DNA of 64,000 bases from Felis catus (lineage: Eukaryota), in the NCBI RefSeq assembly GCF_018350175.1, contig NC_058368.1:92816001-92880000 (forward strand). Direction: 5' to 3'. Position numbers and translations under genes: made by a program. The notes under the pieces are model-generated. The model had not been told where the DNA came from and ran no database searches. It saw nothing but the letters and a program-made list of their open reading frames with translations. Of the stretch, positions 25,757-38,856 are shown in pieces; position 1 is the stretch's first letter, and every line of letters begins with the position of its first letter.

Positions 25757-25983
25757 TTTTTTTCTTTCTTTCTTTTTTTAATGTTTATTTATCTTTGGGA
25801 GACAGAGAGAGACAGAGCATGAGCAGGGGAGGGGCAGAGCGAGAGGGAGACACAGAATCTGAAGCAGGCTCCAGGCTCTGAGCTGTCAGTACAAAGACCG
25901 ACATGGGGCTCAAACCCACGAACCGTGAGATTGTGACCTGAGCCAAAGCTGGACGCTTAACCGACTGAGCCACCCAGGCGCCC
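25757..25983 (-). mobile_element. CAN-SINE in tandem with the previous one
   Basis: TSD CTGAAACAAGAATA. Confidence 0.92.
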
Positions 25984-26099
25984 TGAAACAAGAATAGTTT
26001 TAATTTGTTTGCTAACTTACCTAACTGAGACACCTGTTTCTGTAACTTTGGCTCTCAGCCCCAACTACATGAACTGCCACATCTGGAGCTCTCAAGACT

Positions 26100-26830
26100 T
26101 CCCCCAATTTCTTCCGAGATGTGTTCTAATATTCAACCCCTCTGTGCTTATTTCCATTTGGATGTTAAGATACACCTAAATTCAGTGTGTCTAAAACCAG
26201 ATTTGCCTCCTTCCTCCAGTCACAGCTCCCAAACCCATTATGTGTCTCACTGACTGCATCTTCCTCCCTGCCCCAAGCTTGGATTCTCCCACTCACCTTG
26301 CCTCCTCCCTTCCTCCATTTACCTTCCGCCCAGATCTCTTCAGCACCAGATCCAGGTAATTCTTCTTCCCTTTGAGTTTCTTTCAAATAGCTCGTGCTTT
26401 CTGTTCCCAGCACCACCCACCTGTCCCATCCCTCACCATAGCTCACCAGCACTGGAGTAGGGGCTCCTTGACTGGTCCCCTTGCCTCCCTCTCCTGACTG
26501 CAGTCCATCCTCCAAAGACCCCAGCAGCCCTCCTTAAGTACCTCTTCATCAAGATTTTCAGCTGTTGATAACACCCTATGGCTTCTCTTGGACCCATGAA
26601 CTAGAGTATAAAGGTCCCAGCCTCAGACTCAAGGGTTCACACAGGTCTATTCCCAGTCCTTGTTTTTTTCTGTCACGTTCTGTACCTCCTTGATCAAATC
26701 TCTCCATTCTAGCCAAGCCCATCTTTTGACCAGTCAGCAAGGTCATAGTTGCTCTTTCGGATTTTAAGCCATTTCTGCCATATTTCTCACTACGAATTTC
26801 CTTTGCCGTGTCCACCCAGATCCATCTTCA
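26100..26830 (+). mobile_element. L2 remnant
   Basis: ATTTCCATTTGGATGTT...AAATTCAGTGTGTCTAAAACCAGA...CTCCTTGACTGGTCCCCTTGCCTCC...CAGTCCATCCTCCA, typical of L2. Confidence 0.7.
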
Positions 26831-28373
26831 TGCCTATTTACCACACCCCTCTTTATTTTTGTAGACTTTCCTGTACTCAGTACGCATTTAGTGGGCATGT
26901 ACAGTGGGTTCTGTCTCTGAAGCTGGTCTTGGTGGGAGCTGAGGGAAGTCTTTGTGCCTAGCTCCATTTTCTGAGAAGCTCCTGCTTTGTATGTAGCACA
27001 ACAACCCGGAGTTTTCTAGGAGACTTCCCGTAGTAACTGCTCTCTGAACATACGGAGAGCCTCATGATGTTCACGTTCTCACTACCTCACAACATGCATA
27101 GATGACATGGCTACCTGGTGCCTTTTTTTGTCGATGAGTGAACTAACTGTGCCTTGAACAAAGTCTTAGCTTTCTTATGAGTCAGTCTCCTCATATGTGA
27201 AAGGAAGAACTGAAAACCATTCATCGCTGAGACAATCCCATGATTCTGGTCATTGCGCAAGTGTTTTCAGTGGCCATGCGGTGTTGGCAATTTTCCATAT
27301 CCTTACCTATTAGATTGCATGATCTTGGCAGAAAGACTAGTAAATTCTCAGCAAATGCGTGTTGCTTGATTTTTAGCATCTTACGTACCTTTCTTATAGA
27401 TCGTGTCTGGGAACATTATTGTCCGCTCCCTTCCCCTAATTCCTTATAGGAGTTTTTTTCTTGTTCTTGAAAGAAAGGCAAACAGGAACATTCCCAATAC
27501 ACTGTTTCAGAATGTCTTTCAGGAACATTAAGTCTGTTTGTGTTTACCTCTTGAGGGCAGTTTTAGGAAAGAAAACATGAGACTGTTTGCTTAAATGGTA
27601 TTCATGTCTCCAGTGTTACTCAGTACTCTAAAGTTACCCAGCCTCACCATTTATTTGCTAGAAAGGAATGGCGATGTCTCATCACAAAGAATCAAAGTGA
27701 TAGCAGATTCAGTCATTAAGCGAGAAGCCCCATCTGAGTTGCAAGTGATTTTTATATATGTAAAGCCCAGAAGAGGCTGGTGTATAGGCAGTGTGTATCA
27801 GAACAAGAATCTGCAGTGGGAATTCATTAGGTCTGGAAGTAGTCCTGGATTCTGGGCCTTTCAATGCTACTTATTGAGTCTATGCTCATAATATTGCCAA
27901 CATCCCACCATGGGCTCAGTGATTGAAAGAACAATGAGAATGACTCACATTTTGTTGGTGAGGTAAGACATACATTTTTCTGTCCATCCAGGACAGAAAA
28001 TCCAGCCTAGGTACAAATCAGGCTGCTACAAATTCAAGGTTTCTTTCTTCGTCTGGGTCCTCAGATCTTCCTGTGTATCTGTGTCATCTTTCCCTCCCAA
28101 GCTTTGGGGTAAACCAGTCCAGACCCTTGCCCTTTCCTTCTGTTTCCTTCTGTTCCTCACTCTCAGTGGAAGATTTTATCTTTAACTTCCTGGAGAGAAT
28201 AAAGGGCCTTAACTCCCACATTCTCATCCATCCCATGCTGGCTTCTTTTGCTGCCATTGAAATGCATGAAGATGGTGTCCAAGGGTCAGATCTACTCCAT
28301 GGCTTCAAAGTGTGTTGATCAGCCTGTCCCTCTAGAACAGTTCTAGATCCCTCTAGTGCTAGATCCCTCTGGA

Positions 28374-28495
28374 ACAATGGATCTCAACCCTAGCTGCACA
28401 TTGGAATGAGCTGGCCTGTTTTTGTAAAACTAATTCTCAGACTCCACCTCTGGCCAATGAAGTTGGAATCTCTGAGGGTGAAACTCAATGTATCA
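28374..28495. mobile_element. MER5A-like hAT fragment
   Basis: CAATGGATCTCAACCCTAGCTGCACATTGGAAT...GAATCTCTGAGGGTG. Confidence 0.6.
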
Positions 28496-28510
28496 AGACG
28501 TAACAAAAAC

Positions 28511-28585
28511 GTTTTTTTAAATGCTTATTTATTTTTGAGACAGAGACAGAGCATGAGAAGGGGAAGGGCACTTAACCAACTGAGT
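28511..28585 (-). mobile_element. Internally deleted CAN-SINE fragment
   Basis: Tail joined directly to the head fragment CACTTAACCAACTGAG. Confidence 0.75.
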
Positions 28586-28771
28586 TGGTTTCATAAACTA
28601 CCCAACATTTGAATTCAATTAAGTGTTGAATTTTGATTAAAATAAGTATTAAAGTATTTTATATTAAGTGTAAGATACTTCTTATTAAAATATTAAATGT
28701 ATTTTATTGCATTAAATATGTTATGTATTTGTTAAATACACATTAAATGTTAAATATATGACGTTTCTATT

Positions 28772-29014
28772 CTTTTTTTTAAATTTTTTTTATTTAAAAA
28801 AATTTTTTTAACGTTTTATTTATTTTTTTGAGACAGGGAGAGACAGAGCATGAACAGGGGAGGGTCAGAGAGAGGGAGACACAGAATCTGAAACAGGCTC
28901 CAGGCTCCGACCTGTCAGCACAGAGCCCGACGCGGGGCTCGAACTCACGGACTGCGAGATCATGACCTGAGCCGAAGTTGGCCGCTTAACCCACTGAGCC
29001 ACCCAGGTGCCCCC
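28772..29014 (-). mobile_element. Fairly young feline SINE
   Basis: TSD TGACGTTTCTATTCTT; many CpGs retained. Confidence 0.95.
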
Positions 29015-29146
29015 TGACGTTTCTATTCTTAATATGATAACCATATCAAGGCGAAAGCTTCTAGAGAAAAAACTCATTCAAACCATTTCTTAAAAATTTT
29101 GGCCAGCTCTTATTTCCATTCAAATATAAATTTGCTTATTTTATTC

Positions 29147-29530
29147 TACATAGACAATAGAATAGTATTCAGCCTTAAAAAGGAATGAAGTGCTGATAAC
29201 ACGCAGTAACATTGCTGAAGCTTGAAAACAATGTGGTAAGTAAAAGAAACCAGCCATTAGCAGAATTACTGCATGATTCCATTTATATGAAATGCCCATC
29301 ACAGATAAATCTATAGAGACAGGAAAGAGCGGTTGCCTAAAATGAGGGTGGAAAAAATGAGGGTAATGGGCAGTGATGGATGATGGGGACAGGGTTTCTG
29401 GGGGACGAAATGTTCTAAAATTGGAGTGATGGGTGAACCGTCTTGTGAATGTACTAAAAAGCACTGAACTATAAACTTTTAATGGATGAATTGTACTGTA
29501 TGTGAATTATCTCAATAAAGCAGCTATAAA
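29147..29530 (+). mobile_element. L1MB-like 3' end
   Basis: TATTCAGCCTTAAAAAGGAATGAAG...GTGAATTATCTCAATAAAG. Confidence 0.85.
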
Positions 29531-30268
29531 ATTATATTAATGAAAGGAAATATGAATCACATTTTATCTTCATTCTACCTAAACTTCAAGTATAAAGGTT
29601 TGATAGAACCTCCGTGAGTGTGCAGAGACTCAAGGTATATTGCCATTATGAGCTCTTCCTGCAGTACTTACTAGACAATGGGTTTTAGAAGATGAGAGTG
29701 GAGAGATACCAATGTAAGGTTGGGTGATACCCATGAAATAGACATTACCTTGTAGTAGTAAAACTAAATGGTTGTCATAAATGGGATGGTCATATAGGTA
29801 CTTTGCCAGTATAGTCCAGTTTATATTTCTTTCCCTGACCTGGTGAAATGGTCCCTTAACTCTCAAAACCTTTCTGACTTAGTAAATTATATGAATTTCC
29901 TCAAATTATGGGAGGTATTAGCATGTGTAAAGGCAACATGTTGTAACAGTCCTGATATAATATAACGTTAGTGGTGGGGAGAAACTTCCGCTGAGTGAGT
30001 TCACAAAAAGTAAGATGAACCTAATAATTACCTTTGATGTGTTCCTGGAAGTAAAAGGATATTCCTTTAAATCAGATGCTGTGGTAGAGGAAGTTGTTAA
30101 CTAATTTTAGACCAGGAATCTAATATAAAATTTATAAATGTTTAGGTCTTCTACCTCTCAAGGCCATCAGAAGTCCTTTGTCTTCCCTGCCCTGTGCCAT
30201 ACATTTCATCCCACATCGTTGTTGATCAAATTCAGATCTTGCTGTTTCAGTAGTTCTTTCCCACCCAC

Positions 30269-30480
30269 TTTTTAAAAAAAGTTTATTTATTTTGAGAGAG
30301 AGACACACAGAGCACGAGCAGGGGAGGTACAGAGAAAGAGAATGAGAAAGAGAATCCCAAGTAGGCTCCACGCTATCAGTGCAGAGCCCAACATGGGGCT
30401 GGAACTCATGAACCTTGAAATTGTGATCTGAGCTGAAATTAAGAATCACATGCCCAACCGACTGAGCCACCAGGCATCCC
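30269..30480 (-). mobile_element. CAN-SINE
   Basis: TSD TCCCACCCACT. Confidence 0.9.
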
Positions 30481-31000
30481 TCCCACCCACTCTTACTTCA
30501 TGATGTAGGGGATACATTGTCATCACGTTTTGTTGTAGGGGATTTCTGTTAGTTTTGCTTAATTTATCCTATTTACTCTTCCTTTAGGGGTAATTCAGGG
30601 AGATTTAAAATCTGCACTGCAACCCTGTACCTGCTTTCAGATTGCCTCCAGAAACCACATCTCTCTCTTTCTTGGTTATTATTTTTTTTTCTTATTCAGC
30701 ACACTTTACAGCAAATAACCAAGAAAGAGCTTGTGGGTAGTTTTGTTTTGTTTTATAATTTGAATTCCTGATATATATTTATTTTACAAAGACCTTTAGC
30801 TAGTTTGGCTAAGGAGGGCATTCTGGTTAAAAATTCATTTCCTTCATTTGTTTTATTTTTTAAATTCCAAGTATGACTGATATCATAGGTATTTGTCTTT
30901 CTCTGACTTATTTATTTTACTTAGCATTATACTCTCAAGCTCCATCCATGTCCTTGCAAATGGCAAGATTTCATTCTTTTTTATGGCTGAGTAATATTCC

Positions 31001-31003
<3 letters not shown>

Positions 31004-31051
<48 letters not shown>
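31004..31051. repeat. (CA)n microsatellite
   Basis: Seen directly. Confidence 0.95.
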
Positions 31052-31053
<2 letters not shown>

Positions 31054-33254
31054 TCTTTATCCACTCATCTATTGACGGACCCTTGGGCTGCTCCCAAAAT
31101 TTGGCTATTGTAAGTAATGCTGAAATAAACATAGGGGTGCATATGTCTTTTCAAATTAGTGTTCTCATATTTCTTGAGTAAATACCCAGTAGGAGAATTA
31201 CTGGATTATATTTTGTTTCTATTTTTGATTTTTTGAGAAACTTCCATGCTGTTTTCCACAGTGGCTGCTGCACCAGTTTGCATTCCCACCATTAGTGTGG
31301 AGGGTTCCATTTTCTCTACATCCTTGCCAACACTTGTTGATTTTTGTGTTTTTGATTTTAGTTATTCTGACAGGTGTGAGGTGACACCTTAGTGTGGTTT
31401 TGAATTGCATTTCCCTGATGATGAGTGATGTTGAGCATCTTGTCATGTCTGTTGCATATCTGGATGTCTTCTTTGGAAAAATGTATATCCATGTCTTCTC
31501 CCCATTTTTTAATTGGATTGATTGATTTTTGGTGTTCAGTTGTAGGAGTTCTTTATATATTTGGACATTAACCCCTTATTAGATAATCGTTTGCAAATAT
31601 CTTTTCCCATTCACTAGGTTTCCTTTTCATTTTGTTGATGGTTGCCTTCACTGTCCAAAAGTTTTTTTAGTTTCTTGTAGTCCCAAGTGTTTATTTTAGC
31701 TTTTGTTGCCTTTGTCTATGGAGGTGGATCCAAAAAAATATTACAAAGACTGATGTCCAAGAGTTAACTATCTATGTTTCCTCCTAGGAAGTTTATGGCC
31801 TCAATTCTTAAATTTTGGTCTTTGTTCCATTTCGAATTTATTTTTGTGCATGCTGCAAGAAGGTGGTCTGTTTCGTTCTTTTCCATGTAGCTGTCCAGTT
31901 TTCCCAACACCATGTGTTGAAGAGACTGTCCTTCACCCGTAGTATATTCTTACCTCCTTTGCTGTGGATTAATTGACCATATAAGCATGGATTTATTTCT
32001 GGGATCTCTGTTCTGTCCTATTGATCTATGTATCTGTTTTCATGTCAGTACTATAGTGTTTTGGTTACTGTAGTTTGGTGGTATAGTTTGAAATCTGGGA
32101 GCGTTTCTTGTTGTTCCATATAAATTTGAGGATTATTTGTTCTAGTTCTGTGAAAATTCTATTGGTATTTTTGATAGGGATTGCATTGAATCTTTAGATT
32201 GTTTTGAGTAGCATGGATATTTGAACAATATTAATTATTTTAATTCATGAGCATGGTGTATATTTTCATTTATTTTGTCATCTTTAATTTCTTTCACAGT
32301 GTATTACAGTTTTCAGAGCTCAGGTCTTTTACTCCCTTGGTTAAATTTGTTCCTAGGTATTATATTGTTTTTGATGTTGTTATAAATGGGATTATTTTCT
32401 TAATTTCTCTTTCTGAAGGTTGGTTATTAGTATACAGAAACAACAGATTTCTGTATGTTACTTTTGTATCCTCAACTTTAATGAATTTATTTATTAGCTC
32501 TAATAGATTTGTAATGAAATCTTTAGGCTTTTCTATGTATAGTATCATATTATCTACAAATATGGAAGTTTTATTTCTTCCTTACCAGTTTGGTTGCTTT
32601 TTATTTATTTTTCTTGTCTGATTACTGTGGTTAGGACTTCTAGTACTGTGTTGTATAAAATTGGCAAGAGTGGGCATCCTTGTCCTCCTGATCTTAGAGG
32701 GAAAGTTTTCAGCTTAGCACATTGCATATGATGTTAGCTGTGGGTTTGTCATACATGGACTTTGTTATGTTGAGATATATTGCCTCTATACCAACTTTAT
32801 TGAGAGTTTTTATCATAAATGGATGTTGAACTTTGTAATATGCTTTTTCTGCATTTTGTTAGTGTGATACATATCATGTTAATTGATTTGTGGATGTTGA
32901 ACCATCCTTGCATCCCCTCAAATAAATCCTGCTTAATCATGGTCTATGATTCTTTAAATGTATTGTTGAATTCAGTTTGCTAATATTCTGTTGGTGAGTT
33001 TTGCATCTGTGTTTATCAGGGAGATTGGCCTGTAATTTTTTTTTTTTGGAGTGGCTGTTTTTGGTATCAGGGTAATTCTTTTCTCTGAAAATAACTTTGG
33101 AGGCATTTTTTCCTCTCAGTTTTTTGGAATAGTTTAAGTATAGGTTTTAACTCTTCTTTAAATGTTTGGTAGAATCCACTTGTGAGGCCATTTGGGCCTG
33201 GACCTATGTTTGTTGGGAGATTTTTGATAATAATTCAGTTTAATTGCTATTGAT

Positions 33255-33488
33255 TATTTATTTATTTATTTATTTTTCTAAAATTTTTTAATCTTTATTT
33301 TTGAGAGAGAGAGAGACGGCGTATGAGCAGGGGAGGAGTAGAGACAGAGGGAGACACAGAATCTGAAGCAGGCTCCAGACTCTGAGCTGTCAGCACAGAG
33401 CCTGACACAGGGCTCAAACTCACGAACTGTGAGATCATGACCTGAGCCAAAGTGAGAGACTCAACCGACTGAGGCACACAGGCACCCC
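33255..33488 (-). mobile_element. CAN-SINE
   Basis: TSD TGATTATTTATTTA. Confidence 0.92.
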
Positions 33489-34768
33489 TGATTATTTATT
33501 TAGATTCTCTGTTTCTTTCTGATTCAGTTTTGGAAGACTGTGTATTTCCAGGAATTTATCCATTACTTCTAGTTTGTCCAGTGTGTTGGTATATAACGAC
33601 TCATATTAATCTTATAATTCTTTGTTTTTGTGTGGTGTCAGGAATTTCTATTTCATTTCTGATCTGATTTATATGAGTCTTCTTTGTTTTTCTTGATGAG
33701 TATGGCTAAATGATATCAATTTTGTTTCTTTTCAAAGAACTGGCTCTTGGTTCCATTGATCTTTTCTATTTATTTGAGTCCCTATTTTATTTATTTCCAT
33801 TATGATCTTTATTATTATTTCCCTTTCACTAACTTTGGGTTCTGTTTGTTATTCTTTCTCTTATTTCTTTAGGTATAAAGTGAAAATGTTTATTTGATAT
33901 TTTTCTTATTTCTTGAGGTAGGCCTGCATCATTATATAATTCCCTCTTAATAGTGCTTTTGCTATATCCCAAAGATTTTGAACTGTTGTGTTTCCATTTT
34001 CATTTTTCTCCATCTTTAAAAAAAAAAACTTCCTCCTTGATTTCTTTGTTGACTTATTGATTATTCATAGTGTTTTGTTTAGCATCCACATGTTGGCATT
34101 TTTCTAGGGTTTTTTCCTTGTAATTAATTTCTAGTTTCGTACTGTTGTGGTTGGAAAAAATTGCTTGACATGATTTCAGTGTTGTTTAATTTATTGAGAC
34201 TTGTTTTGTGGCCTAATATGTGATGTATACTGCAAGTGTTCCATTTGTCTTTAAAAAAATTTGTATTCTGCTGGATGGAATGTTCTGTATATACCTGATC
34301 TAATATGCCATTCAAAGTCACTGTTTCCTTAAGGATTTTCTATGTGGATGATCTCTCCATTGATGTAAATGTGATTTTTAAGCATCCCTGTATCATGGTA
34401 TTACAGTCAATTTCTTACTTTGTGTCTGTTAATATTTGCTTTATTTATTTAGATGCACCAAAGTTGGGTGCATAGGTATTCATAATTGTTAAATCTTCTT
34501 GGACTGATCTCTTTATCATGATGAAATGCCCTTCTCTGTCTTTTATTATGGTCTTTCTTCTAAAGTCCACTTTTTCTGATATAAGTATTATTACCAAGCT
34601 ATTTTTTATTTCAATTCACATGGAATATCTTTGTGTCTCCCTCCCTTTCAATTTGTATATGTCTATTGGTCTGAAGTGTGTGTCTTATAGGTAACATATA
34701 GATGGCTCTTGTTTTATGCATTCAGTCACCCTATGTTTTTTTTTATTAGAGCAGTTAGTCAATTTGCA

Positions 34769-34829
34769 TTTTTAAAAAATGTTTACTTATTTATTTTGAG
34801 AGAATGTGAGCAGGGGAAGGGCAGAGAGA

Positions 34830-34867
<38 letters not shown>

Positions 34868-34993
34868 CCCATGCAGGCTCCACACTGTCAGCATAGAGCC
34901 CGATGTGGGACTTGATCCCACAAACCCTGAGATCATGACCTGAGCCAAAATCAAGAGTCAGATGCTCAACCAACTGAGCCACCCAGGTGCCCC
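34769..34993 (-). mobile_element. CAN-SINE
   Basis: TSD AGTCA..TTTGCATTTTAAA. Confidence 0.92.
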
Positions 34994-35802
34994 AGTCATT
35001 TTGCATTTTAAAGTAATTATTGATAGGTATATACATATTGCCATTTTGTTAATTACTTCCTGGTTGTTTTTGTAGTTCTCTGTGCTTCTCTTACTCTCTT
35101 TCCTTGTGAATGATGACGTTTTTAGTGTTATGTTTGGAGTCCTTTCTTTTTATTTTTTGTGTATTTTATATAGGTTTTCAGTTTGTGGTTACCAATGCTC
35201 TTCATATATAACACTCTATGTATGTAGCAGTCTGTTTTAAGTCAATGGTCACTTAAGTTTGAGCACATTCTAAAAGCACCACATTTTAACCCCCCCCTCC
35301 AGGGTTTTATGTTTTTTGACCTCAAACTGTACATATTTTTATTTTGTATATTCCTTAACTACTTGTAGAAACAGTTGATTTTACTACTCTTGTCTTTTAA
35401 ACTGTATAGTAGTTTTATAAGTAGTTAATCCACTACTTTTACAGTATGTTTGCTTTTACCAGTGAGTTTTTTTTTAATGTAATTTTCTTCTAGTTAAGGC
35501 CTTTTTTTCCTGCTTAAAGAAGTCCCTTTAACATATTTTGTAAGGCCATTTAGTGGTGATGAACTCCTTTTACTTTTGTTTGTCTGAAAAACGTTTTATC
35601 TTTTCTTCAATATTGAATGATAACCCTGCCTAATAGAGTATTCTTGGTTGTAGATTTTTTCCTTTCAGGACTTTGAATATATCATGCTACTCTCTTCTGG
35701 CCTGTAAAGTTTCTGCTGAAAAATAAGCTGATGGCTTCATGGGGTTTCCATTGTACATAACTGTTTTCTTTTCTCTTGCTGCTTTTAAAATTCTCTATCA
35801 TT

Positions 35803-36020
35803 GGGGCACCTGGGTGGCTCAGTCAGTTAAGCATCCAACTTTGGCTCAGGTCATGATCTTGTGGTTCGTGAGTTTGAGCCCCAAATCGGACTCTGTGCTG
35901 ACAGCTCAGAGCCTGGAGCCTGCTTTGGATTCTGTGTCTCCCTCTCTCTCTGCCCCTCCCCTGCTCACATTCTGTCTCCCTTGCTCTCAAAAATAAATAA
36001 ACATTAAAAAAATAATAAAA
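35803..36020 (+). mobile_element. CAN-SINE inside L1 ORF1
   Basis: TSD TAAAATTCTCTATCATT. Confidence 0.92.
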
Positions 36021-38511
36021 TTCTCTATCATTAATTTTTACCATTTTAATTATTATGTATCTTGGTTTAGACCTCCTTATGTTTATATTGTTTGAAGCTC
36101 TCTGTTCTCCCTGGACGTGGATGTCTATTTCCTTCTTCAGGTAGGACAAGTTTTCAGCTATTGTTTCTTCAAAGAATTTTTTGCTTTCACCTCTTCCTTC
36201 TTCTTCTGGGAACCCTATAATGTGAATGTTAGTACAATTGTTATTCCAGGGATCCCTTAAACTATCCTCATTTTTAAAAATTCTTTTTATCTTTTTGCTG
36301 TTCATCCTGGCTGATTTCCACTATCTTGTCTTCCAGATCACTGATCTATCCTTCTGCATCCTCTAATCTGCTGTTGAGTATTTCTAGTGTATTTTTCATT
36401 TGTTATTGTATTCTTCAGCTCTGATTGGTTATTTTCTTTATTTTCTATGTCTTTGATGAAGTTGTCACTGTGTCCACTCATTCTCCTGAGTTCAGTGAGA
36501 CTTTTTATTACTTTGAACTCTTTATCAGGTAGATTGCTTATCTCTGTTTTGTTTTGTTCTTTTTCTGTTTGTCTTGTTCTTTCTTTTGGAACATATTCTT
36601 CCATCTCCTCATGTTGCCTGATTCTGCATTTGTTTCTAAGTGTTAGGTAGGTCAGCTATGTCTCCTGGTCTTAAAGGAGTGGACTTAAGTAGAAAGTGCC
36701 TATGGGGCTCAGAGGAACAACTCACCCTGGTCACCAGAACTAGGTGCTTCAGGGGGGGTCCCTGTGTGGGTTGCCTATGCCCTTCTGTTGTAACTGGGCC
36801 ATAACTGCTGAAGGTGCACTGCTGGGTGTGGCTGGCCCCTGGACTGGCTGGCTGGTATGGGCAGCTGCCATATAAATGTACTTTTTATCCATGCCTGCTG
36901 ACTCACTGGTGAGCAAGGCTCAGCCCTAGTGTGACTAGTTACAAGATCTTGCTGTGACTGCTGCTGGTGGTACTGCTTGCCTCCACCCCCAGGACAGGAG
37001 CCACTCTGGGGGAGGGGCTTCCAGTCCTGACTGAGGCCACCCACTGGGTGTGAGACATTGGGAGCCACTTTGGTAGAGTGGGGGTGGGGGACACATGCCA
37101 GTTTGGGCTGAGATTGCTGCCAGGTGTAGTGGGATAAAAGCTGGAGGTGTTTTGTCCCAGCCACTGGCTGGGTGTGTTGTGGTGTGGTGGGAGCTGCCTT
37201 GGAAGAGGTGCCAGTCTTGGCTGAGGCTGCCTGCTGGTTTTGGAGAGGGGAGGGGGAATGCCACCTTGGAAGGGTAGCTGCGGGGGTGGGTCCATGAGGA
37301 AGCCAGGATGATAGGATGGTGCTGATAAGGTGGATGGAGTGTCAGAACTAGTGACCACCTGTACTTCTTTCCTGGAGAAATTTCCTACAAATCCCTGCTC
37401 CTCTGGCACATACACTAAAATTGGTCCATAAATTTTCTTCACATATGGCTTAGGTACTTTTCAAATGGCTGCCTCTCTGCTGGGTCCTGGAGTGAGTGAG
37501 CTTGTATGCAGACCCTTGAAGAGCAGAATCCTGGCTTCCTAGAAGACTCTGGCTCTCCTGGACTTAAGCCTAATTAATTTGCATAAGCACCTGGAATTAG
37601 CCCTGCTGATTTTCAAAGCCAGGCATTATGAAGTCTTGTCTTTCCTGTGCAGGCCCCCGTGGTGGTGGTGGTGGTGGTGGGTCTCCCTGGTGTGGAGCTT
37701 AAAGCCCTTCTCAGGGAAGACCTCCATGCCTGCAATATCCCTCCTACTCATGTGTCATCAGCCCAGGGGTATGGGTTCTAATCAGACCTCATCTGTGCTC
37801 CTGCTACCCTTCTTCATGTGGGGTTCTCTTTATATCTTTAGCTGTGGAAGAGCTGTCGTGCCAGTGTTCGGGTCATTGTCAGAGAGGCACTCTGTATGCA
37901 GTGATAGCTTTGGTGTATCAGTGGGAAGAGGTGAGCTCAGAATCACCTGCCATCTTGATGGGGCTATCCCTAAGAGTTTCTTTTACAGATGCTCATCTAT
38001 TTCCTGAGAATCTTTTTTCCTCTCATTTTTTAGCCTTTTCATTGTTTGGAATTGGGGCTTGACTTGCTTTTCATCTTCCTCATTGTCCACATTTAGCTTT
38101 CAGCATTCTCTAATCATTTATACTTAGTGATCTGCTTCCTGACTTGTAAATATCGATTAGCATTTATTTCTTATGTGCTTCAGTTCTTCACCAGCATTCT
38201 TTGATTTTGCAGAACTTGGGATTTTTACTTGATTACCGTCTTCTCAGTTCAGCATTAAGAGACTTGGAAGGGGAGATGCATTTAGTCTCCCCCCTTCCTT
38301 GGTAGCTCACTGGTACGGCCACCCTCCAAGGTAGCTTTCTTTATTCCCATTATCTAGCTAAGAAATAAAGGTACGGTAAGTTGCTTAAGATAGTATAAGT
38401 AATAACTTCTACCATACAGAGTGAGCCTGGGTTTGATGCTCTTGTCCTTCATACAAACTGATTTCCAAGAAGTAGTTCAAACTGATAGCTTCCAACAAGA
38501 CATCTGGCCCC

Positions 38512-38660
38512 TACAATACAAACATTTACTGAGTGCTTCCCCAGACCCTGTGCTAAATGCTTCAAATAACATGATCTGATTTCATCTTCCAAAGAACCCC
38601 ATGAGAGAGTTACTATTTCTGTCCCCAGTTCACGGGTGTGAAAGTTGAGCCATAGAAAGC
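38512..38660 (-). mobile_element. MIR
   Basis: AACATTTACTGAGTGCTT..CCAGACCCTGTGCTAAATGCTT. Confidence 0.7.
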
Positions 38661-38790
38661 TCCCCATTTGGGAGTCAGACACTCGCTTTCGAAGAATGTA
38701 TAATGAAGAAGGATTAATGGCACCCAAATCAGCAGTTGTAATTTGGACCAGGTAGAGCCTTGGCTTGAGAACTTTGAGTCTTCTAACACC

Positions 38791-38793
38791 AAA

Positions 38794-38828
<35 letters not shown>

Positions 38829-38856
38829 ACGAATGAATGAATGAATGAATGAATGA
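38791..38856. repeat. (TAAA)n(TGAA)n compound microsatellite
   Basis: Seen directly. Confidence 0.95.

Larger units (their letters stand above)
30830..37970 (-). mobile_element. Near full-length degenerate L1 (L1MA9/L1_Carn-like): 5'UTR, ORF1 and ORF2; terminal 3'UTR missing
   Basis: ORF fragments EISNLPDKEFK and NIHIIGFPEEE (ORF1), HILGHKTSLNK (EN), [10 protein letters not shown] (RT), [10 protein letters not shown] (C-term); YY1-like CAAGATGGC at 37949-37957 on the minus strand. Confidence 0.92.

Noticed and set aside
30665..30729. Resemblance to miR-9 (TCTTTGGTTATC)
   Set aside because: Only a short partial match; the rest of mature miR-9 is absent.
36775..38062. ORFs of 109-167 aa, including a poly-Trp antisense ORF in an ORF0-like position
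   Set aside because: They lie in the GC-richer 5'UTR of a decayed L1; poly-W is a (TGG)n repeat, that ORF starts at TTG, and no homology is recognisable.
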